Assembly: GCA_027604505.1 (NCBI GenBank)
Contig: JADIIX010000013.1
Coordinates: forward strand, 186,001-250,000
Reading direction: 5' to 3'
DNA length: 64,000 bases
From: Gonapodya sp. JEL0774
Lineage: Eukaryota
The notes below the pieces were generated by a model. That model was not told the DNA's origin and did not search any database. It was given only the letters and a program-made list of their open reading frames with translations. The number at the start of each line of letters is the position of its first letter. Position 1 is the stretch's first letter. Shown here in pieces: positions 27,061 through 36,973 of this stretch. A program made the position numbers and the translations under genes.

Positions 27061-30000
27061 TCACGTTGGCCGCAACTGTCGACCTGTCACCTGGGTAATC
27101 ACCTGCTCTAACCGTTGCACTCTATCTAACAACTTTGCATTGCGCTCTTTGAGTGCCATGATGAGCATGTCTTTCTCCCTGCACTCCATACACTGGTCTA
27201 CATCTCCAAGCTGCTGGACAGTTCCGCCGGCGTACATTCGAGCCACAACAGACTTATCTAGTCGCTCAAGGGACGATTTATGACGCGCGGATGGGCGGGG
27301 GCTATGATGGTGATGATGAAGGTGGTGGGGTGGCTCTTGTGGTTGAGAAGTTCGAGGAGGGGCACCAGCTTCATCGCCAGAGGAAGCAGAGGAAACTGAG
27401 CCAGACTGCCACGACGAACCACTCTCGGAGCTGGTTCCGCTTGACCCACTGCTTTTCACCTCGTCGTGTTCCAGGATCTCCCGGATCTCGGAGGGATTGA
27501 GGATCGCCTTGTGCTCCAACAGTTTGCGGCGACCCATCAACACTTCCCCAACCTCTGACTGCAGTTGTTGAGTGAAAGCGCAGTTGGGATTGTCCCCTTC
27601 GATCTCCAAGGCTTCTCCGTTCCATTTCTTAATGATCATCTCCTTGGCAATGACGGCACCATTGGGAGTGGCTATATGGGGGACAGGATCACTGGGAGGT
27701 TTGGGTCCATACTCCAACGAGAGATTAGGATATCGTGAGGCTGTGAGAGGATCTAGTGTGTTGAGGAGAGGGTGCGCCAGAATCTCCAGGGCGGAGAGTC
27801 TTTGTGCGGGATCTGGAGCAACCATGCGCTTGAGGACCGAGTACTGAATTGGCAAAAAGGAATATTCACGCCTCTTTGAGTTGATGTACAACAGGATTTT
27901 GCGCGAGACATTCGTGTTCTTACCTCCTTGGGCCATCTTCGCTTAAATCCTTCGGGTACAACACCTTTCCTCAGGTCCATGAGTGTCATGACTCGCTCCA
28001 TTGCAGAAGAGAATGGCCAATAGAGTTCAAAAAACAACACACCAAGCGAATAAATATCCGTTTTCGAGTCGTAACGACGTCGCGACAGTTGCTCGGGGGA
28101 TGCATAGAGAAGGGTGCCAACTCCCAAGGTCAGGTTGACTGTTTGAGTGAGGTGACCTAGAAAATTCAAATTAGAACTAACATGAACTCGACCAAACATG
28201 CGTAATGATGAGAAATGACGCACCATCCTCAGCAAGTTTCTTGATCAGGGTTTCGTCAATCTTCCCACCATTCTTCTGGACCTGCTCGACGAGCATATCC
28301 TTCTCCGCTTCATCTATCTCTTTGTTCTGAAGCATCTCATCCCAAAGATCTCTTACGAGCTCGGTTTCGGTTTCCGGCATATGTCGTTGTTTTTGGCTGA
28401 TATCTTTGGCAAGCCCGAAGTCCCCTAACAGGACATGATCATCCTCTTGCAAAAATACTATGTAATCGACAGAATAGGAAAGTTGGGCGACACTAAACTG
28501 CAAAATCAGGTCGAATGAATTCAGAGATGTCTCACCGTTGCCAGGCTTGATATCGCGATGGATGAACCCGGAAGAGTGTACATGCGCCAACTGATACACC
28601 AAAAAGAAAAATCGACACTAATTTAAAGACAAACGAGACGCCCACAACATACCCCTTGCACGATCTGCCTGAAGATGCGTTCATTCCGTCTCTTCTCAAT
28701 TATAACCCTCGGCCGTTGAGCGTTTCTCGCCTGGAGCCACTTGTGCAGGTTTGTCGAGGAGCACAATTGCATCTGGATAAATAACACAGTGGATCCTTCC
28801 CGTTGCTCTGTTTGCGCGGTTTCCCGAGCTCCATGAGGCAAGTCTTCAGGAGCTGTTGGCCGCGCACGTTGCGAAGAAGATGATGGGATTGGTACAGGAG
28901 ACGGCTGCTGAGTTGGTGGAGGGACAAAAACTGGCATCGGCGGAGCTACAAAAGCTTGCTGGCCTGGGGCGAAGAAAGGCTGCTGGATCGCTGCACCCGG
29001 CGGGGGAACGAATTGCGGCAGTGGGATGGGACCAACAGGTGGGAGACCACCCGCTGCAGTGGACGCTGGTGTTGTGACTCGTAGTGGAACTGGAGTTGGT
29101 GGTGTGGAGGGAGGGGGACGAGGCATCCCCGCCAGAGGCGACGAGGCAGCCGGAATCGTCGAGACGAGAGTTGCAGACTTGGTTCTTTGTCTGGATGGTG
29201 GCTCCAGTGCCTTTTTCGCAGCTTTCGTATCTCGAAATGGCTCCCCAGTTGCAAGTCGAGGGGGCACGGAGGTCAGCACGGGCATAGGGTGCACCGGCGG
29301 GGGTCCCACAGGCGCGCGATCCACCGGCACAGGTGCTGGCGCTGGAACTGGCCTGACAACTAGCGGTGGTGCTATCGAACTAACCACTTGAGAGATCGCC
29401 TTGGGACCGCTGGAAGACAATACCCCACTTGGTCCACGTGGTCGTTTCGGCACAGGTGGTGGAGCCTTCTGTCCCACCTTCGCACCGACAACACCTTCAC
29501 CGCGTCCTTTTAGCGGCGGTCCTGAGCTCGGACTGATACTCCCAGCTACTCCTACTGCGGCGCTGCTTGCCGACGAGTCCGACTCTACGCCCGCATCCTC
29601 AGTATCTCCATCAGTTCCTTTCGTGGTCGCCACGGCCACGTTGAGCGAAGGGTGGTGGAATTTGCTGGGTTGATGCGTCTGTGACTGTCCTTGTTCTGTC
29701 AAGGGTGAGTCCTGGTGCCGGAAACCTTCCGCGCTGTCGTCCAACGCCCGCTCGAAGACGGAGTTTGCTGTGAGAACAATCTTCATGCTAGGCGTAGCCT
29801 CAGTTGCGGTCGAGGGGATTGCCAAGGGGAACGACTCGCCACCGGGCCTTGACGGTGCCATTCCCATCGTTGCCTGCACTCCACCCCCAGCACGCACTGT
29901 CCCCGTCGCGCCTGCGATGAGTTCAATGTTATGTATTGCCGGCAACATCCCCGATGTCGAAGACCCCGAGGACCTCACGAACACCGACTCTGACCCCGTA

Positions 30001-33000
30001 CTCCCGGTGGGAGCTTCCACCGAGGACCCCGTGCCCGCCGAGTCCTGCCTCACGTGCGATCCACCCAGCAGCATCCCACTCGTCCCACCACCAGCCTCGC
30101 CAGACGACCCCGACGCATCCGCTCCACCTTGATGAATGTTGGGCCCGCTCCCACTGGACCCCGAGGTCGGCCCGGACGACATGGCACGACCACCACCATC
30201 ACCACGCTTGCCCAGGGCCCCTTCATCAGACTCTTCGGTGTCCGTTGTGTCAGTATCACTGTCATTCCCAGTCCCAAGCGCCTGCAATCCGGCACCGGCA
30301 CCGGCCAGCCCCACCGCCGCATCGTCGGTCGCTGTTCCACGACGGGGCACTCCGCCGCGCGCGCCGGCACGGAGCTTGCCCTTGCTTGCCCTCCCCCGTT
30401 CACCACCAGTGCTCGACTTCACGCCCGTGCCCGTCCCACCCCTCACCGTCACCGTCGTCGCCGTTCCAGTACCCGCAGTACCAGCAGTCCCCTCCCCTTC
30501 CTCTTCCTCCTCCTCTACCACCCTGCTCTCCCTCTTCCCGGCCCCGCTCTTCCCCCTCGCTCCCTCCTTCCCCCCGGCGGGCCCACCCACCCCCTGCGCC
30601 TGTCCTTGCCCTGCACCCCCCTTGGGCTCTATCCCGGTTCCCGCGCCCTCCCCCTCGAACACGGCCTCGACCCAACTGTTGAAATATCTCACCACGTTGG
30701 GGTGGTTCGATATCCTCGCGAACGTCTTCACCTCCCTGATGATCCTCGCGTCGTCAGGACCCAAGTGCGTCCCGGTGTTGGTGTTGGTGCCCCCATGCAG
30801 TGGGTGGCCCCCCGTCCCGGTCCCCATCCCCGTTCCCGTCACGGGCCCGGTATGCCCCGACCCCTGTCCCCCGCCCCCCCTCCCAGCCGACGCTGTCCTC
30901 GTTCTCACCCCCCTCCCAGTCCCAGCCCGCCCGTCCCCGCCAACCACCACCGACCCTGTCCCTGTGGTCCCTGTGGTATCCCCCGCCCCGCCCATGGACA
31001 CGGACCCGTCCGACCGTATGTCGGACGGCGAGGCCTCGGAGGGGCTTTGTGGGTGTCCTCCTCCTCCGGGGGGATGTACGACGTTGTGGGACTGAGAGTG
31101 GTTACGGGAGGTGGGTGGGGTGGTGGGGGCGTGGATGGACTAGGTGGGGGTTGGTGGGGGGGGTGTGGTTTGGTCAGTCACGCACATGCATTTCCCAGCC
31201 TGTACGTCCCGTCCCGTCCCCAACCCCACCCCGCCCAACCCAACCCACACCCCACACCCCACGCAACGTACGCTCATATAATCCTGCGGATGGCACTGCA
31301 ACCTGACCTTCTTCACGGCGTACTCTTGTCCGTCGAGTCGGTTGCGCGCCCTGAACACAGCGCCGAAACCGCCTTTGCCGAGAAAGGCGAGTTCTACGGG
31401 GGGAGGGGGCGCAGGTCGTGATCCGGGTCGCTCTGCCGCTCAGGGGCCCGCCCATCCCATCCCAATTTACCCCCCTCCTCTCCCTCCCCCCCCCCCCCTC
31501 CCCCAACCCACCTTCAAACTCCCCCAAATACCGACTGGCCCCTCCCCACTCCACAGCCCCCCTGCCTCCCGCCTCCTTATCCCTAATCGTGGCCACAAAG
31601 ATCCGTCCCATATCTGGCCCGGTGGTGGTGGACATCGTGGTGTGCGTGCTGGACGTGGTGGTGCTGGAGAGGGTGGGCAGGTGGGGTAATGGTGTGGCCG
31701 TGGTGGCGGGGGTGGCGGGGGGGGTGGACGGGGGCAAGGGGGAAGGGGAGGTGGCGGGGACAGGGTCACGGGGGAACTCGCCGAGGGGGACAAAGATGGC
31801 ACGGTTGGTAGGGCCGTTGCGGGGTTTTGCGGAGTTTGCGTGGTTGCCGAGGTTCACCACCCCAGTCCACACCTCACACCTCGAGTGACACGTCCCACGT
31901 CCTACGTCAACACCGCTGTGCCTGCGTCCCGCGTGCTGCGCAATACGCGCCATCGAGCCAGGTTCACAGTCCCGAGTGCCCGCATCCCGAGCGCCGGGTG
32001 ACGGGTCACGGCCCGCCGTCCGTGAATTCAACTTGTTCCGTCCACACCCTGCTCACCCCGCTCCCCATGTGCCATCAACGCAGCGTGCCACTGTCCCTCG
32101 TCCCACGATTTTTCTTTCTTTTTCCTCGTGCCGCGGGTTTCGCTCGCTCGCAACCACATCTCGACTCTGACTCGACACAACCACCATGGCCCCCGACCGC
32201 GGCCACATTCATGGTTCATGATCCACCACACCGGCCACCGCCCACCGCAGACCGCACATCGACCACCACCACACCCAGACTCGAAAAGCCCGCACCGCCA
32301 TTCCATCGTACCATTGCTACCGACCCGCCCCACCGTCCGCGCGCGCCGTACCGTACCGAGACCACCGCGTCCGCCTGCCGCCCTCCCAACCGCCGCCCTC
32401 CCACTTTTCACTTTTCACTTCCAACCTCCCACTCCCCCCGACCATACCACCCCCTCCCCCACCGCCCCAGTCTTACCCACCCTCGGCCTCCCCCCCTCCT
32501 TGAGATAACTCCTCATGTACCTGTCGTGGTTGCGGGCAAAGACCGAGGGCATGAGGATGCGGACCTGGGAGGGAGGGGGGTGGTGGGTGGTGGGATGAGT
32601 GGGAGTCGGTTGGTTGGCCTCGTACACATAGGAAAGGGCTGACAGTCGTTTCAAGGCAATCGCCTCCCGCGGACTGTGCCCGCCGCTGACGCTTGCGAGT
32701 CGCTCCGCTCGGGATCAATCGCCACCGGCGGGACTGTGCCCCGTCGCTAGCGCTCGGCCCACTCAACGCACATTCTGGAGTCCGACGACCTCGTGTTTTG
32801 CCCAACCAAACATTCTCGATGCGGCGGAGTTGAACTCGATGATCGTGCCGTCGCCGTTTGCGACGATGACAGCGTCTATGATTGAGTCCATGAAGGAGAG
32901 GACAGGGAGGTTTGCGCCTGAGGAGGAGGAGGCAGAGCGGGATACGGCGGAAGGGAGGGGTTGGAGGGGTGGGTGTGGTGGGTGTGGTGATTGGGATGGG

Positions 33001-33323
33001 TGGGGTGGGTGGGGTGGATGGGATGGGTGTGGTGGATGGGATGGGTGGGATGGGTGTGGGGATGGGGGCCATGGCGGGTGTGCGGGAGAGGGAGAGGGAG
33101 AGGGAGAGTGAGAGGGAGAGGGGTTGAGTTGGTGGTGTTGATGGGTGTTGGATGGGAGACTTGGGACTGGAATGAATCCACTCTGCACGTTGCTGCTGCT
33201 GTGTGCTGTCTGTGCTGAGAGTGCTGTGTGTGCTGTCTGCATTCCCCCTGTGTCCCCACCCCCACTCTCTCTCCCCTCCACTCCCATCGCATCCCCCAAT
33301 TTCTCCTTCTCCCAATCCCCCAT
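27061..33323 (-). CDS. eIF2-alpha kinase (HRI-like) with an N-terminal FixL-type PAS domain and very large kinase inserts
   Basis: SRYLGEFE|ELAFLGKGGFGAVFRARNRLDGQEYAVKKVRL; REVKTFARISNHPNVVRYFNSWVE; LFIQMQLC; IHRDIKPGN; LGDFGLA; TLGVGTLLYASPEQL; DIYSLGVLFFELYWPFSSAMER; C-terminal coiled coil. PAS exons lie at about 32900-32772, 32564-32481 and 31850-31580. The start (33323 or 33242) is uncertain, and one apparent frameshift lies near 31070. Confidence 0.88.
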
Positions 33324-34160
33324 TCAACTCTCCTTTTCCTCTCCTTTCCCCTAACGCTGATATTTCCTTGTTCTGTTCTCCTTCTTCCCGCTCTGTTGTG
33401 TCCTTCCCTCACCCCCTCCGTTCCTGCTCCACCTGGCCCTGTCCTGTATTCTGCCAATCGATCACGCTCCCCTGTTTTCCTCTCTATGATTTTTTATCCC
33501 GTCCCGTCCCGAGCCTGTGCTCCCGTGTTCGCACCCGCCGCTCGTGACTCCAATCCCGTTTTGCGTCTCGCCTTCAGTATGACCTCAATGCTCGCACAGG
33601 GCTCAACAACACCAACACACATCCTGGCGTTCCCACCACCTCCCCTGAAACTTTCGCTAGTACATTTTCACCCACCCACAAGTACCTATACCCCTTGCTT
33701 TGTTTGCTCATTTCATTCACTCTCTCCTCATCCCCAAAATGTAAGTTTAATCAAACTTTTTTCACGCACATACCGACGACAACTGCTTCCTTCCCACGCT
33801 TTCAATCCGCGCGAGACGAATCAAGTTACGCGCGCGGTCTTGGGCCTTGGACCCACTGAGATTGTCCCCGTCTGCCGTTCATACCGACCCCTGTTGATCC
33901 CCTTTTGGTCGACCCCCGGATCCGGCCGATGGACGTGTCATATGCATACCGCGTCCTGCTTACCCCTGCTGAGAGATAGACACCCGTTCGTAGTTCGTAT
34001 GGTCCGGGCCCCTTCTCTCAACTTTACTCCCTTCCAGTGTTTCGGAGTACATAATATTGTGCATCATGAGAGAGTCTCGCGGTCACGTGTCACGTTCTTT
34101 CATCCTTCGCAGTTCTCACACGCAACTTTGTTCAACATGACCCCACCAACAACCCCCACC

Positions 34161-34250
34161 AACCTGGCAACCTGGCAACCTGGCAACCTGGTGACCTGGT
34201 GACCTCGTAACCTGGCAACCTGCCACCCTGCCGCCCTGCCACCCTGGTGA
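34161..34250. repeat. Degenerate 8-bp tandem repeat (AACCTGGC-like, about 11 units)
   Basis: aacctggc x3, aacctggt, gacctggt, gacctcgt, aacctggc, aacctgcc, accctgcc, gccctgcc, accctggt. Confidence 0.85.
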
Positions 34251-35563
34251 CGGCGTACCACAAACTCGTGCACACACGTCACACCAGACCTGGCCCATTC
34301 GTGGTCCGAGCACAGTGCACACCACGGGTGCGGAGTTCGAACCCCGTGGGCGGTGGCGGGTAGGTCGTGCCAGCCACTTACTCTTATCGACACGAATGTT
34401 CAAACCGTGGCACTCTTTTTCCGGTACCTGATGGTTTCCCTCTGCAGAGATTTGAGTGGCGAGAATATGTCTATATGTGTGTATGTACGAGGGCAGCGCG
34501 CGGGCCCCGGCTGACCTCGGTGTCAGATGTGCCGCCGAATTGGAACCTTGGTGGGGGGGCGGGGGAACAGCAGGTGCGTCGTGCGGTGTACGGGTTCCAT
34601 ATGTTTTGCGTATGATGGAGATGGGGACTAGGGGGTAGGGTGAAAGAGCGAGCGTGTACAGGAGTGGGTGTGTGGGAGGGGACCGGCGTGTGGCAGCGTG
34701 CGACCGTGCGTGCAAGTTGCAACATATTCTCTCGCTCGCCAGACGCTTCACGCCAGGATAAACTCGGGGTGGAAATCACGTATCACGTCTCACGGCTCGT
34801 CTGGCCCACGGTGTGCGGCGGGTGGCGGGTGGGCGAGTGTGGAGATGGGGTGTGGGATGGGTTATGTGGGATGTGGCGTGGAGGGGGCAGATCGGATGGA
34901 GTATGGGACTGTACCAGATGCTGTGCCACAGACAGGCGGGTGCGAGCCGTGGAATGTGGGATTTAGGAATGTCCAGACAGTGGGGATCCAAGGTCAAGGT
35001 CATCAGTTGTACACTGAGAGTGCGGTGGGGGTTGGCACCTGGTGGTCACTGTGTGTACCGGGGTTTTGTTTTGTTTTGTTTTTTGGACAGATCGTGGTCG
35101 TTGGGACTGGGGGGAGTGGACGGATGGTTGGTAAGGGTGGGAACACCACATGAAAAAAATAATACCCGCACATGGCAAAACCTCAGGATATTAGAGTGTC
35201 CAGTATTTGGGGACAGAAAAGGGGAACAATTCCGCAGAGCCACATTACATATGCAGCTTGTGATGTAGAGTGCTCCTTAGAAGTTTACTTTGTATAGCAA
35301 AGGAAAAACATTTCTCTCCCCCTCACACTGACAAAACTTGAACGAAGTAATGAGATATTACATAATTAGATACCGACAAATAAAATGCTATGCATGAATA
35401 TTCATACCTTACATATGCATGTATTATCCTCCACCGCACTCACCTTTGTACCGCCATTCGGGCCATTCGCTCACACCACTCCACCCCCAGTCCCGCAGTT
35501 CCCACCTTGGAAGACTAAAGTCACAACCACTGGCAGTCTTCCTGAAAATACCCACCCAGCGCT

Positions 35564-35630
35564 GTCAACGACAAATAAAGTTAACGACAAATAAGTTGGC
35601 GACAGATAAAGTCAACGACAAATAAAGTTG
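35564..35630. repeat. 15-16-bp tandem repeat (GTCAACGACAAATAAA, 4 units)
   Basis: gtcaacgacaaataaa / gttaacgacaaataa / gttggcgacagataaa / gtcaacgacaaataaa. A further cgacaaataaa occurs near 35374. Confidence 0.85.
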
Positions 35631-36147
35631 GTCCGATGGATGCGGAGTTTTGTGGGGATGAAGGCTGTGTGGTGCTGTGTGGTGCTGGTGGAGGCGGTGT
35701 GCACTGCTTCACCCCAAACCGGCTGGTCTTCCTTGGATTCCCCGGTTTGTGTGCACGGTCCGGCGGGTGAACCCAAAAAGAGCCTGCCAAACCAGACAAG
35801 GTGTTGAGGTTGGATATGGGACCTTGCATCCTTGGTCCGGTGGGAAGAGATCCGGATTGTCAAAACATTGAAACTGACGTAATACTGCGATAATTTACTT
35901 GTATGTTTCTGTTGTTTTGGCTGCCAACCCTTTCTTGGTTTGTCATCGTAACGAAAATCGAAATCAACTTAGTGCGATGCACATGTTACACCACAAATGA
36001 AGCGAATACTACATAGATAAATTCAGAGAATACTGCAAAACTAATAAACGTAACACGAGGGAAAACACGGTCACAACGTGCGAAACAACATTGTCCCACT
36101 CCCATCGTGTGGACGATCCCCCCCTCACCCCACCACACACTGGTCCT

Positions 36148-36973
36148 TCACAGCCTCGCCTCACTCCAGAGTTCGGCGGCAGGCCTAAGCACCACCGCGT
36201 GCGCGTCGTGGTCGAGGTCTGTGTGGTGCTCGTTGTGCCGGTGGTGACAGATGCTTCGCGTGGTCGTGGACGGCGGCGCTAACTCCGGGTTGTCGGCCAA
36301 GATACGGGTTTGCATTTCATGAAAATCTGCGGATGACCAGGTGTTACTTTGGGGTGGAAAGAAACGGGGTTGAGTTTTGTTTTCGGGAGTCGAGGAGTGC
36401 CGGAGAAACCACCACCAGATGAGTCACCCACCACACCAGCGCGGTTAAATCCGCCACTGTCATGTCCACGTGAGGTTCTGAGCACCTTGTTTCCTCTTCC
36501 CCGTGTTTCTGCGCGGCCTCATTCTCTCCTCCCGATGCGACCGTGGTATTGGTAAGATTTTCATGCACCACCCAGAGGGCGGTGAGTCCGACCTGCTGGT
36601 AATCCCTCAAAGGAACGAAGCGCCGAGTAGTGTAGCTTCCGTTTTGTGTATGGTAGTAAGGTAGTTGTGTATGTATGTGGGCAAAGGGGAGAAAGAGCAG
36701 GGTACTGTTCAAACAGTGTTCCCAGGCAGCCGCCGGATCCCAGAAAGGGTAGCTACGTTGGACCCACTGGCGGACCAACCTCGGCGGGATGGAAACACTC
36801 TCGCATTCCACGCACCTATCGACGATCCTCGTGGCTTCCCTCATGGTGTCCTTGCTTGTTCTGAGTTCCCGCGCAACTTGGGCGAGCCATCCCAGGAGAA
36901 CCGTGCGGTGTTCCGGCGTTATCTCTGGCACGCGGGATGTGCTCAGCTGTGGTGTGCTTTCTGTGATCGACAT
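36148..36973 (-). CDS. Divergent cyclin-N-box-only protein (3 exons)
   Basis: ITPEHRTVLLGWLAQVARELRTSKDTMREATRIVDR..VPLRDYQQVGLTALWV..VADLTALVC|NTWSSADFHEMQTRIL matches cyclin-box helices 1-5, followed by a short His-rich tail. Confidence 0.7.

Noticed and set aside
30054..31421. Long plus-strand Pro/Arg-rich ORFs (455, 319 and 248 aa)
   Set aside because: Antisense to the kinase in stop-poor GC-rich sequence.
33228..34202. 324-aa plus-strand ORF
   Set aside because: Arises from pyrimidine-rich low-complexity DNA upstream of the kinase; no domain signal.
34290..34360. GTTCGAAC B-box/tRNA-like sequence
   Set aside because: No proper T-stem, acceptor stem or anticodon arm could be folded on either strand.
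35564..35630. CRISPR-like direct repeats
   Set aside because: Units are adjacent with no spacers and are too short; the context is eukaryotic with no cas genes.
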